From a virus, in IMG/VR virus record IMGVR_UViG_3300048851_000105, positions 1-64,000 of that record: DNA of 64,000 bases. One strand, given 5' to 3'. Below, one piece after another: positions 19,436-28,342 of the stretch. Under the pieces are notes generated by a model that was given only the letters and a program-made list of their open reading frames with translations, was not told the origin of the DNA and made no database searches. How positions within the stretch are numbered: position 1 is the stretch's first letter; each line of letters starts with the position of its first letter. The position numbers and the translations under genes are program-made.

Positions 19436-20154
19436 TGACCGACCTCATTCTCCACGAGGACGTCCACGTCGAACTCGTTCAGCATGCCGGAACGGACGCG
19501 GGCATCGCTCACGCTGCGCGCGTGAGTACGCTGGCCGATGTGGCGGCCAACTTCGACTCGCCGGAGACGCTGGAGGCGGACAACGGTCTCATCCGTTACC
19601 TCATGCGAGAGCGCCACGGCACTCCGTTCGAGCACAACTCGATCACGTTCCGAGTGCACGCGCCGATCATGGTCTTCCGCGAGTGGCACAGGCACCGCAT
19701 CCAGTCCTACAACGAGCAGAGCGGGCGCTACACAGTCTTCAAGCCGGAGTTCTACGTCCCTGGCAAGGACCGACCCCTCATCAACATCGGCAAGCCCGCG
19801 AGGCCGCAGATGGCACCGGCCGACCCGGAACTGCACGACTGGTTCGTCAACGACCTCATCGAGGGCTACGAGGCGCAGTGGGCTCGCTACGAGCGCGCGC
19901 TCGAACGAGGCATCACGACGGAGATGGCTCGCATGCACCTCCAGCCCAGCATCATGTCGTCCATGTACGCCACCGCCAACCTCCGCGCGTGGCTGCATTT
20001 CCTCGGACTCCGCACCCAGGACGACCGCGCCGCGCACGTGAGTCGGCCGCAGCGGGAGATCGTGATGGCGGCCGAGAAGGTCGAGGCGCACCTCAACGAC
20101 CTCTTCCCGGTCGCGATGGAACTGTTCAACCAGTTCGGCAGAGTCGCGCCCTAG
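19435..20154 (+). CDS. thyX: Flavin-dependent thymidylate synthase
   Basis: HGTPFEH, REWHRHR, SYNEQSGRY signature. Confidence 0.95.
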   Translation: MTDLILHEDVHVELVQHAGTDAGIAHAARVSTLADVAANFDSPETLEADNGLIRYLMRERHGTPFEHNSITFRVHAPIMVFREWHRHRIQSYNEQSGRYTVFKPEFYVPGKDRPLINIGKPARPQMAPADPELHDWFVNDLIEGYEAQWARYERALERGITTEMARMHLQPSIMSSMYATANLRAWLHFLGLRTQDDRAAHVSRPQREIVMAAEKVEAHLNDLFPVAMELFNQFGRVAP

Positions 20155-20160
20155 AGTCAC

Positions 20161-20177
20161 CGTTACTGTGGTAACAT
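20161..20177 (+). promoter_or_regulatory. Extended -10 (TGgTAACAT) overlapped by 16-bp operator CGTTAC-TGTG-GTAACA
   Basis: Intergenic after thyX; matches operator family. Confidence 0.65.
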
Positions 20178-20206
20178 GGTTGTATCCCATCGAGAGGAGA
20201 CCAATC

Positions 20207-20653
20207 GTGGCCACATGCGGATCATGCAAGCAGTCCGGGGTCGACGTCGCGCACGTCAAGGCCTGCTACGGCAGAGCACCTGAGGTGCAGAAGCCGACCC
20301 CGGACTACGATCCTCGGTTCGTCGCCGAGTACGTCCCGGACAGCGACTATGCTCTCCAGGCCCCGGATGGCACGTACGCGTTCTACCGCGTTCGTCGGCC
20401 GAAGAAGGGCAAGTGGCAGGGCTTCACGTTCGTCGATCGTCTCGTAGGCCACCCCGGTGGGTGGGCCACGTACCCCGTGAAGGGCGCCAGCAAGACCGGC
20501 GTTCTCCAGGGACTCGCCACCGACCCGAAGGCACACGCCCTGGCCTTCAGCCGCGAGCACGGCGTCTGTGCGTGCTGCGGCTCCCCGCTCTCCGACCCGG
20601 AGAGCATCGCCCGAGGCTTCGGCCCCATCTGCATCGAGAGGTTCGCCGCATGA
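20207..20653 (+). CDS. DUF6011-like Zn-finger protein
   Basis: CACCGSPLSDPESIARGFGPIC C-terminal motif. Confidence 0.75.
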   Translation: MATCGSCKQSGVDVAHVKACYGRAPEVQKPTPDYDPRFVAEYVPDSDYALQAPDGTYAFYRVRRPKKGKWQGFTFVDRLVGHPGGWATYPVKGASKTGVLQGLATDPKAHALAFSREHGVCACCGSPLSDPESIARGFGPICIERFAA

Positions 20654-21102
20654 CCACCCCATACAACAACACCGAGACATCGCAGCAGCGTGCGCAGGAA
20701 CTCGACGAGAGCGGGACAGCGGCTGAGCGAGAGCAGGACATCCTCGCATACATGGTGTCGCGCGGGGCCGCAGGATCGACCTCGAAGGAGTACGCAGTCG
20801 CACGTGGGTTCCGGGCGGATGGTGTCCCGTCTTGGGTCACGGGAGCATTCTCGACCCTGCACAAGGCTAGAAAAGTCACGCGACTGAAGGAACGGCGACC
20901 GAAGGGCCGTGGGGCGGCGTATGTGTACGTCGACAACAATCACGTCAACGGTCGGCCCGTCAAGGAATTCAAGTCCAACGAAGGCATCACGGACGAAGAC
21001 CGCGAGGCCTTCCGCTGGTACGTCGACATGATCGAGGATCGCGGCGATCGTGCCTCGGCCAACGGCCGCAACCTCGCGGATCGCCTGAAGCGGTTCCTGT
21101 GA
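20650..21102 (+). CDS. Putative winged-helix DNA-binding protein
   Basis: ILAYMVSRGAAGSTSKE...VTGAFSTLHKARKVTRL pattern. Confidence 0.5.
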   Translation: MTTPYNNTETSQQRAQELDESGTAAEREQDILAYMVSRGAAGSTSKEYAVARGFRADGVPSWVTGAFSTLHKARKVTRLKERRPKGRGAAYVYVDNNHVNGRPVKEFKSNEGITDEDREAFRWYVDMIEDRGDRASANGRNLADRLKRFL

Positions 21103-21236
21103 CCAGGCAGCGCGACATCGAGGGGGCTCTCTTCGGGAGCCCCCTCGGCGCCGTCGACATGATCGTGGGTATCGTGATCATGGCCGCAGCCCCCTTCCGG
21201 ATCGGCTACCTGCTTTTCAAGAAATGGAGGCGATGA
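21099..21236 (+). CDS. Small membrane protein
   Basis: One hydrophobic helix; overlapping start/stop codons. Confidence 0.5.
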   Translation: MTRQRDIEGALFGSPLGAVDMIVGIVIMAAAPFRIGYLLFKKWRR

Positions 21237-21484
21237 TGCCGCTGATGCGAGTCATCCATTCCTCGGAGCGAGAGGGCCGAGGCTCATTCCTCGGCCCAGA
21301 CACCACGCGCCGCACTCGCTGGTACGAACTCACTCTGGAGTGTGGACACGTGGTCGAGCGCACGATGAAGTACAAGCCCCGTACGGGCCGCAAGGCCAAC
21401 GGGTGGCACCCGAGGTCCATCGATGACGCGTTGCCGCCCCCACGGCGCGCACAGTGCTCGCAGAAGCACGAGGAGGCGTCATGA
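21233..21484 (+). CDS. Hypothetical protein
   Basis: ELTLECGH...C motif; ATGA overlaps. Confidence 0.55.
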   Translation: MMPLMRVIHSSEREGRGSFLGPDTTRRTRWYELTLECGHVVERTMKYKPRTGRKANGWHPRSIDDALPPPRRAQCSQKHEEAS

Positions 21485-21792
21485 GCCCCTGGGTCGCGTA
21501 CGCTCTCGGCCTCGTCACCCTGCCCGTGCTCGCGGCCATCTGGTCGTTCGTTCGGTGGGCCACTCGACCCGGCTACGGCCAGGAGGGGTGCTATGTCTGC
21601 GACCACGCCCCGGTGGCGAAGATCGGCGAGCATCGCATGATCACCATGCGAATCTGGAGTCTCTGGCACGACTACTTCTGGTCCTACCGGAAGTGGCACC
21701 GAGACGCGTGGGCAGCACACGAGTGGAATCCGAGGAATCGTCCAGATCGGGTTCCGACCACAGCGATCTTCCCAGAGAAGAGGAGCCGATGA
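21481..21792 (+). CDS. Membrane-anchored hypothetical protein
   Basis: N-terminal TM helix; CxxC. Confidence 0.55.
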   Translation: MSPWVAYALGLVTLPVLAAIWSFVRWATRPGYGQEGCYVCDHAPVAKIGEHRMITMRIWSLWHDYFWSYRKWHRDAWAAHEWNPRNRPDRVPTTAIFPEKRSR

Positions 21793-22457
21793 GCCGAATC
21801 ACCTGCGGGGCCCTAGTCAACGGGGAGTCCTGCGTCAAGACCAAGTTCCACCGTGGCGAGCACATCACGCAAAGCGGGAAGATTCGCTGGACGGCGGACG
21901 GCGAGCCGACCTGCCCGCTTTCGCCCTGCGTTCGAGCCCCCCATGACCCGGACGACTTCCACGACAACGGGTTCGACTACTCGTGGAGGGAGCCCATCGG
22001 CATCCAACGCGAGGTCTGGCGGAAGACGTGGCGCGCGCCCGACCTGGGTATCGTCGACGAGCCCATGGCTCTGTCGCTCCTGAAGTACCGGCCAGAGGAC
22101 GATCGCCAGCCGAGCGACGAGGAGAACCACAACCTCGTGTCCTCGCACGTGCGTGGGACGAAGAAGCACGCCCCGATCATCGACCTCGACTTCGCCCACC
22201 ACTACGTGGCCACCACGCAGGACGGGCATGCCCATCTCTACCTCGACGTCCCGATCTCGAAGTGGCGCTGGGTCGCGCTCATGACGGGGCTCTACCTGGG
22301 CGGCGTCATCGAGAAGGGCTACTTCATCTGGAGCCTGCGCCGTGGCGGCAACTTCGCACGGCGGCCGGGCGTGGCCAAGGAGACCGACCAGGAGCGCGTG
22401 ACGTACACCCACGGCATGTTTTTCCGCCTCCGCGAGTTCCGAGGGAAGAAGCGATGA
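21789..22457 (+). CDS. Hypothetical protein with two Cys/His micro-motifs
   Basis: SCVKTKFHRGEH and CVRAPHDPDDFH; HAPIIDLD domain. Confidence 0.65.
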   Translation: MSRITCGALVNGESCVKTKFHRGEHITQSGKIRWTADGEPTCPLSPCVRAPHDPDDFHDNGFDYSWREPIGIQREVWRKTWRAPDLGIVDEPMALSLLKYRPEDDRQPSDEENHNLVSSHVRGTKKHAPIIDLDFAHHYVATTQDGHAHLYLDVPISKWRWVALMTGLYLGGVIEKGYFIWSLRRGGNFARRPGVAKETDQERVTYTHGMFFRLREFRGKKR

Positions 22458-22585
22458 TCGAAGACCACCTCGCCCGTCCAGGGCCCCTGTACTGGGACTT
22501 CAAGTGCCTGGTGTGCGACGGTCTCGTGGACGATCACATCGGACTCTTCCGGTTCTGGTGGCGCCGAATCTGGAGGAAGCGATGA
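22454..22585 (+). CDS. Small CxxC protein
   Basis: ATGA overlap; KCLVCDG. Confidence 0.45.
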   Translation: MIEDHLARPGPLYWDFKCLVCDGLVDDHIGLFRFWWRRIWRKR

Positions 22586-22893
22586 AGAGCGTGCAGTGGG
22601 CGCCGGACGGCAACGCTGGCAACGGCATCCCGAGTGAGATCGTCCGCCTCCTCGCGACCGAGGACGGCAAGACGTTCGGCTACGGCTACGGCCCGGGCGT
22701 GAGCATGGTCTTCGGCAGCGAGCGTGGAAGCATCACCGTCAACGCCAAGCAGTGGGTGACGCGCTTCTCGGACGGTGAGATCGTCGTCACGGACTTCCAG
22801 CCGCACGAGCACCTGTGGGAGTCATGCACGTGCGGCGCTGAGGGCTGCGCTCGCGAGATGTGCGCCTGGTGCGAGGAGGTCCGTAGTGCTTGA
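22582..22893 (+). CDS. Hypothetical protein
   Basis: ATGA overlap; NAKQWVTRFSDGEI motif; Cys-rich tail. Confidence 0.55.
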   Translation: MKSVQWAPDGNAGNGIPSEIVRLLATEDGKTFGYGYGPGVSMVFGSERGSITVNAKQWVTRFSDGEIVVTDFQPHEHLWESCTCGAEGCAREMCAWCEEVRSA

Positions 22894-22917
22894 ACACTCA
22901 GACTCTTCTGTTACGGT
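22890..22917 (+). promoter_or_regulatory. SigA-type promoter TTGAAC-N16-TACGGT, probably leaderless to GTG 22925
   Basis: -35 and extended -10 (TGt) 7 nt before the start codon. Confidence 0.55.
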
Positions 22918-22924
22918 GTCTCCT

Positions 22925-23155
22925 GTGACTGAGAAGAGCCCGCTGACGCCGGACCAGAAGATTCTGGTCGATCGGATGCGCGCGCTCGCGGACGCCCGAG
23001 ACGACTACGACGACCCGAACGTCCGCTGCGGCACAGATGCGGTTCGGCTGGTCGCGGACATCCTCGAAGGCAAGAACGAGGGATGGGGCTGGCTCCCCTC
23101 TTGGCGCTGGAGTGAGTTCGGTGTCCCCGAACCGAGCGACGATGACGACCACTGA
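22925..23155 (+). CDS. Hypothetical protein
   Basis: GTG start after promoter; normal codon usage. Confidence 0.55.
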   Translation: MTEKSPLTPDQKILVDRMRALADARDDYDDPNVRCGTDAVRLVADILEGKNEGWGWLPSWRWSEFGVPEPSDDDDH

Positions 23156-23702
23156 CGAGCGCACGCCGTACCAGATCGCCAACGACATCACGACGATCTT
23201 CACGGCCATGCAGATGTGCGACATGGAGGTGCCGGACTTCGACTACGGCACCATGAAGGTCGACTGCCCGTTCGACGAGGAGCGCGCGTTCCGCGTGTAC
23301 GCCGCGACCAACTCGGCCTACTGCTTCGCCTGCTCGAAGAAGTACACCCCCGTGAGCCTCATCGCCGAGCACCGAGGCATTACGATCGAAGAAGCCGCCC
23401 GCACTCTCCTGGAGACTGCCGGGTGGACGCCCCCAACTCCGGACGCGAGATGGGATGCTCTCATGAGCGCATCCGTCGAGATCGACCGTCCGTCAGAAGC
23501 CGAAGCGCTGAAGATGTTCTGCGCCAGGATCGACCCGGAGTGGTCAACACGTCAGTTCGAGGAGCGCATCGCCGCTCTTCTGACGAAGTGTCTGGAGCCC
23601 TTGGACAAGGTGCACACCACTGAAGACCTCCACCTCTGGAGATCGACCACGCGACGCATCATGACGACTGCGCTGACCCCACAAGGAGCACCACATGGCT
23701 GA
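23142..23702 (+). CDS. Stand-alone primase-type zinc-binding domain protein
   Basis: KVDCPFD...AYCFAC...PVSLI....GITIEEAARTL (CHC2-like); no TOPRIM domain. Confidence 0.7.
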   Translation: MTTTDERTPYQIANDITTIFTAMQMCDMEVPDFDYGTMKVDCPFDEERAFRVYAATNSAYCFACSKKYTPVSLIAEHRGITIEEAARTLLETAGWTPPTPDARWDALMSASVEIDRPSEAEALKMFCARIDPEWSTRQFEERIAALLTKCLEPLDKVHTTEDLHLWRSTTRRIMTTALTPQGAPHG

Positions 23703-23970
23703 CGCCACCACCCCCAAGACCTCGACGAGCCTGAGCGACCTCGACATCCCCGTCCTCGACGGCTGGGTCCTCATCGCCGAGGCCGCCGAGATGCTCGGTG
23801 TGACGCGCCAGCACGCCTACCGTCTCGTGCGCAACGGCGACCTCACCAACGTCCGCCGACTCGGCACGAGTTCCTTCTACGTCGTCAAGACGGCCGACGT
23901 CGACAAGCGCATCAGCGACCTCGCCGAGCGCAAGGCCGAGCGCGCCGAGAAGGCCTCCGCACCGGCCTAG
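23695..23970 (+). CDS. Excisionase/MerR-like HTH DNA-binding protein
   Basis: LIAEAAEMLGVTRQHAYRLVRNGDL. Confidence 0.8.
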   Translation: MADATTPKTSTSLSDLDIPVLDGWVLIAEAAEMLGVTRQHAYRLVRNGDLTNVRRLGTSSFYVVKTADVDKRISDLAERKAERAEKASAPA

Positions 23971-24178
23971 TCACGGTGCCGTGCGACACGCCGCTCAGGA
24001 GAGGTTGCGTGTCGCGGACGGAGTGATACTCTCCTCAGATCGGGTGTACGTCACCCTCGTAACGGAGCCACACAACCACGCTCCAGAGAGGAACCGCACT
24101 GCATCCGAATCTTCTGCTCTGGGTCTGGTAGCATCGTCTCACCTTCGTTGTGTGAGGTGGCTGTCTTGACCCACAGCA

Positions 24179-24208
24179 GGGGCTCCCCGTCTTCGGATGG
24201 GGAGCCCC
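24179..24208 (+). terminator. 13-bp hairpin with cUUCGg tetraloop in leader of second sigma gene
   Basis: GGGGCTCCCCGTC-TTCG-GATGGGGAGCCCC; no long U tract, so role uncertain. Confidence 0.55.
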
Positions 24209-24238
24209 GACTTACATCCCCTCCAGGAAGGTCAAGAC

Positions 24239-24943
24239 ATGCGCACCACCACTCCCCCCGTTCAACTGAACGTCGAGGCTCCCGGCACTCTGAAGGCCGA
24301 GATCGACGTCCGGCAGTCGAGGATCACCGACCACTCCGTCCCGGAGTCGTTCACGGAACTCTACGATCGCTACTACGGCTACGTGGTCCGGCTCGTGAAG
24401 CGTCGCGGCATCGCCCACAGTGATGTGGAAGACGTGGCCCAGACGATCTTCGCCCACTTCTATCGTCGCGGATCGCTCGAATACTTCGACGCCGAGCGTG
24501 TGGATGTGCACGACGGCAGGGAGTACACCGCCAAGTTCACGACCTTCCTCTCTGGATTCGTCGTCACGTACCTCCAGCACCACCTGACAATGCAGGAACG
24601 CAATGAGAATCGCATGGTTCGCAGCGGCGGCCTCGACAGCCTGATGGAAGACCCCACGGAGGAGAACTCCTGGGTCAACACCCGCGGACCTCGCTACGAC
24701 GACGACCACAGTCGGGTCGAGTACGTCGAGTTCGTCGAGAACCTCCACGTCCGGCTCTCCAGCGTCAAGCCGCGCTCAGCACGCACCGTCTGCGACCTGC
24801 CCGTGTTCTTCGAGGCCATCCGGAAGCAGATCGAGGTCAACGGCAAGTACGACGCCGACGAACTCGCCGCCCAGTTCGGAGTCGCGAGGCGCACGATCCA
24901 TAACTGGCTGGGCCTGCTCCGGGCCGAGTTGAACGGTCTCTGA
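24239..24943 (+). CDS. ECF-like sigma factor
   Basis: FTELYDRYYGYVVRLV...DVEDVAQTIF...KFTTFL region 2; C-terminal HTH ADELAAQFGVARRTIHNWL. Confidence 0.75.
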   Translation: MRTTTPPVQLNVEAPGTLKAEIDVRQSRITDHSVPESFTELYDRYYGYVVRLVKRRGIAHSDVEDVAQTIFAHFYRRGSLEYFDAERVDVHDGREYTAKFTTFLSGFVVTYLQHHLTMQERNENRMVRSGGLDSLMEDPTEENSWVNTRGPRYDDDHSRVEYVEFVENLHVRLSSVKPRSARTVCDLPVFFEAIRKQIEVNGKYDADELAAQFGVARRTIHNWLGLLRAELNGL

Positions 24944-24946
24944 GCC

Positions 24947-25732
24947 GTGGTCATCGGACACGCCGACATCGTCGCTCGCGTCGAGGCGGAGAAGCCTCCG
25001 GTGTCCCTGTTCCTCGGCCCATCGTCAGTCGGCAAGTGGACAGTCGCGGAGTACCTCCGGGGCGTCTGGCGCGTCGACGAGGGCGACACCCTGAGGATCG
25101 ATCACCTCAACACCGCCACGGCCCGCATGGTGGTCCACTTCGCCTCCCACGCCCCCTCACGGGACCGCAGGCTCGCGATCATCCAACTCACGGACGCCGG
25201 AGCCCACGCGCTCCACATCCTCCTGAAGACGCTGGAGGAAGGGCTCGGCTCCACCGACTTCATCCTCATCGCCGAGGAGTCGCCCCTCGCCACGATCGCG
25301 AGCCGGGCATCCGTCTACCGCTTCGGGTTCCTCACCGAGCCCGAGGTCGCCGAGGTCCTCACCGGCCGCAACTTCCAGCCCGAGGACGCCGCGCAGTACG
25401 CGAGCATGTCCGGCGGCCAGGTCTCCCGGGCCCTCTCCGTGGTCAACAACCGCGACGTCAAGCAGGGCGTCATGCAGGCCGTGAAGGCGTTTCGAGAAAT
25501 GGACCCCATAGCGTTGGAATCCGCGTCGAAGGAGTGGACCGACGAGCACAGCACGCTCCTGGCGCAGTGGTGCAGAGAATCTCTCACAGGTCGCACTCGA
25601 ATCTTCTCGACCGAAGAAATCCTCGACTCGCGCCGTATCCCGTTCAAGGTCCTCCAGGCCCTGAATGCCAACGTCCGGCCGCGGCTCTTGCTGCGGTCGA
25701 ACCTGATGTCCGTACTTCGACAGGAGGCCTGA
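24947..25732 (+). CDS. holB: Clamp-loader delta-prime (HolB)-like protein
   Basis: LFLGPSSVGK, HILLKTLEE, TIASRA; degenerate Walker B. Confidence 0.75.
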   Translation: MVIGHADIVARVEAEKPPVSLFLGPSSVGKWTVAEYLRGVWRVDEGDTLRIDHLNTATARMVVHFASHAPSRDRRLAIIQLTDAGAHALHILLKTLEEGLGSTDFILIAEESPLATIASRASVYRFGFLTEPEVAEVLTGRNFQPEDAAQYASMSGGQVSRALSVVNNRDVKQGVMQAVKAFREMDPIALESASKEWTDEHSTLLAQWCRESLTGRTRIFSTEEILDSRRIPFKVLQALNANVRPRLLLRSNLMSVLRQEA

Positions 25733-25733
25733 G

Positions 25734-26189
25734 ATGGGCTACGCAGTCTACGAGGACCGAGCCGCAGCCGATCTCGACGTCGCTCGCTGGGCAGGCTATG
25801 GCGTCCCGGCCGTCTGCGACATGCCGGATTGCGAGACGAAGATCAATCGAGGCATGGGCTATCGGTGCGAGCACGTCTACAAGGAGGCGTTCTTCCGCAA
25901 GGGCGAGCGCGTCGACATCGAGGATGACTGGGACGAAGAGCGCGTCGAGGAGCACCCCGGATGTGAGTTGCATTTCTGCGAGGAGCACCTGTACGACCAC
26001 GACAAGCACGAGGGCGTCGAGCCCAAGCCGGACACGGACGAGTGGGTGGCGTGGATGCTCACCGATCCGTCGTGGGGGCAGTGGCGCCGGGAGAACAAGA
26101 TCGACCGGAACACCCTCTATCAGCAACTGGCCGCCAAGGGCATGACTCTCCGGGATGTCAAGACCCTGGCAGTGGAGGCAGACTCATGA
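25734..26189 (+). CDS. Hypothetical Cys/His-rich protein
   Basis: GYGVPAVCD...CELHFCEEH. Confidence 0.65.
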   Translation: MGYAVYEDRAAADLDVARWAGYGVPAVCDMPDCETKINRGMGYRCEHVYKEAFFRKGERVDIEDDWDEERVEEHPGCELHFCEEHLYDHDKHEGVEPKPDTDEWVAWMLTDPSWGQWRRENKIDRNTLYQQLAAKGMTLRDVKTLAVEADS

Positions 26190-26413
26190 CGCACGTCCAC
26201 CCAGACGATCTTCGCCAGCGCGATCTCGACGAGTACGAGGTCACGCAGACCTTCCTCGCCGTCTACATCGGCCAGTGCACGATGGACAACCAGCATCCGA
26301 TCCGGCGCAACACGCGCGTCGGCCGGGTGCGCATGATCTCGAACCCGCTCATCCCGATCCCGGGCGTAGCCTGCGCCGACTGCGTGAGGCTCATGCCCCG
26401 TGCCGTGAGATGA
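26186..26413 (+). CDS. Hypothetical protein
   Basis: ATGA overlap; CADC motif. Confidence 0.55.
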   Translation: MTHVHPDDLRQRDLDEYEVTQTFLAVYIGQCTMDNQHPIRRNTRVGRVRMISNPLIPIPGVACADCVRLMPRAVR

Positions 26414-26697
26414 CTCAGGAACTGGTGTCCCTCCTCCCCATCGAAGAGGACGAGGGCGAGATCGAGTGGCGCTGCGAGATGCGCTACGACGATCCTGAGG
26501 TGAGGTGCGAGAACGAGCCCACGTGGGTCGCAGCGTTCGCGTGCACCTGCATAGGCGCAGCCTGTGACGACCACAAGAGGCTCTACACGGAGCGTCTGCG
26601 GACGATGTCCTTCCTCGGCATGGTCACCGTCAACTGCGCCGTGCACGGACGTGTGCAGTCCACCACCGAACAAGCCGTGACCTGGAGCCTGCTATGA
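26410..26697 (+). CDS. Hypothetical Cys-rich protein
   Basis: ATGA overlap; several Cys pairs. Confidence 0.55.
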   Translation: MTQELVSLLPIEEDEGEIEWRCEMRYDDPEVRCENEPTWVAAFACTCIGAACDDHKRLYTERLRTMSFLGMVTVNCAVHGRVQSTTEQAVTWSLL

Positions 26698-26936
26698 GTA
26701 ATACTCTCGTCTTCGACATTACGAATGCCCGTCCGGGAGAGTCCCAGTTGGCCCTTCTGAGAGAGCATGGGTTTGAAATCGACATGTCGGACGAGCGCAT
26801 TCGGGTCTCTACTCCTGAAGGGGCAGTAGTTCATCGGGAGGCGAGGCCCCATCAGTTCGTCTACTGCGTGCACTTTTCCAATTCCCGCGCTCTCGTGTCG
26901 TTCGACGGAGACTCTTTGGTGCAGGGGAGCGAGTAA
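26694..26936 (+). CDS. Hypothetical protein (lower GC3)
   Basis: ATGA overlap; fills the gap to the delta-like gene. Confidence 0.45.
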   Translation: MSNTLVFDITNARPGESQLALLREHGFEIDMSDERIRVSTPEGAVVHREARPHQFVYCVHFSNSRALVSFDGDSLVQGSE

Positions 26937-26939
26937 AGA

Positions 26940-27923
26940 GTGACGACCTGGAGTCAGTGGTTCGTCGCGCAGCAGAAGGAGCCGAAGGCCAAGCAGGTCA
27001 CCTTCCTCTGCGGTTCCGAGCCGATCCTCATCGACGAGGTCGTGACCCACATCACGACTCTGCTCGGCGTCAGCCCGTGGAACTACGTCGCGCTCGTGGC
27101 CGGAGAAGATTCGGACCGTGTGCTCTGGGCCGAACTGGAGCGCCATCCGATCGATCAGTCCTTCCGGCTCGTCGTCGTGCGTGACGCCGAGAAGATCAAG
27201 GACAGGGACCGGATCGAGGCCTGGGCCAAGAACAAGGCGGCCAATCCGAAGACCTACCTCGTGCTCATCTCCAACGAGCAGCGCATCCCCACCGTCCCGG
27301 CCGAGAAGCGCGGCGAGAAGCCCTCTCCCGAGCCCCACGTGGCCGCTCTCGCGCGTCGGGGGCAGGTGATCGAGTGTCGGCCCTTCACGCAGGCCACAGC
27401 CCGTCACGCGATCACCTGGGTGCGTTCCAAGGTGCACATGCCGGAGAACGTCGCAGCCCACCTGCTCAACCGAGCGAACGGAGACCTGCGCCTGGTGCGG
27501 GACACGTGCGTGAAGTTGGCCGTGCTCGATGACTCCGTCTCGATCAGCGTCATCGACGCCATGCTCAGCCAGCGCCCGCGGATCGACTTCCGGGAGGCTC
27601 TGCTTCAGCGCCGCAAGAAGGACGCCCTGTTCTCCCTCACCCGACTGGCGCCGGAGGAGTACGGCCGCGTGCTCGGACAGATCGATGCCGATCTCGACCT
27701 GGCCGGGCTCGTCTACGACCTGACCAACCAGCACGCCACGCAGGGCGAGATCGTGCGCGCCGCGGGCAAGATGGCGTTCCTCGTGCCGCACATGCAGCCG
27801 ATTGCGAAGCACTACGACCCGAAGCGCCGGACGGCCCTCCGCAGGCTCCTCGCAGTAGCGGACGAAGCGGTCCGCGGCGGAGAGAGAATCGGAGTCATGG
27901 AGAGTTTGGTGGCACAGTGGTGA
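26940..27923 (+). CDS. holA: Clamp-loader delta (HolA)-like protein
   Basis: TFLCGSEPILID, RLVVVRDAEKI, LLNRANGDLRLVRDTCVKLA. Confidence 0.75.
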   Translation: MTTWSQWFVAQQKEPKAKQVTFLCGSEPILIDEVVTHITTLLGVSPWNYVALVAGEDSDRVLWAELERHPIDQSFRLVVVRDAEKIKDRDRIEAWAKNKAANPKTYLVLISNEQRIPTVPAEKRGEKPSPEPHVAALARRGQVIECRPFTQATARHAITWVRSKVHMPENVAAHLLNRANGDLRLVRDTCVKLAVLDDSVSISVIDAMLSQRPRIDFREALLQRRKKDALFSLTRLAPEEYGRVLGQIDADLDLAGLVYDLTNQHATQGEIVRAAGKMAFLVPHMQPIAKHYDPKRRTALRRLLAVADEAVRGGERIGVMESLVAQW

Positions 27924-27946
27924 TCGAGCCGCGAATCACAGGCATG
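27912..27946 (+). promoter_or_regulatory. Phage-sigma leaderless promoter copy 3 (GCAC-N16-CGAATCACAGGC-ATG)
   Basis: Consensus match upstream of the polymerase operon. Confidence 0.7.
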
Positions 27947-28342
27947 AGCGTGGTCGGAGACATCCTGGCAGAGCCGCAAGCCGTCATCCTGTACGAGAGG
28001 GAGGACGAAGAAGCCGTTCGTGAAGTCATGCGTGACGTCACGACCGAGATGGCCGTCCAGATGGCTGTGTCCGATCCGCTCTTGTCGAGCCTCGTCGTCA
28101 TCGACAACGAGTCTCAAATCGAGAAATGGCCGGGGTGGCTGGACATCATCGTTCCGAGTGAGATCGATTCGTTGACCTTGCACTCTTCCCAGACGGTGGT
28201 GAGCCTGAGTCCTGCGTTCCTGCGGCGGCGACACTCGCTTGATCTCAGCCGCCTCGGCCGTTTCTACGCCATGACTCCAGACGCCGCGCTCGCCGAGCGC
28301 ATCAGCGTCGACACGATCATCCACCTGGAGAACGCAGCGTGA
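27944..28342 (+). CDS. Hypothetical protein
   Basis: Start set by motif; GTGA overlap with polymerase. Confidence 0.55.
   Translation: MSVVGDILAEPQAVILYEREDEEAVREVMRDVTTEMAVQMAVSDPLLSSLVVIDNESQIEKWPGWLDIIVPSEIDSLTLHSSQTVVSLSPAFLRRRHSLDLSRLGRFYAMTPDAALAERISVDTIIHLENAA

Noticed and set aside
23695-23970. Lysogeny module implied by the excisionase-like HTH
   Set aside because: No integrase, ParAB or divergent repressor gene in the window
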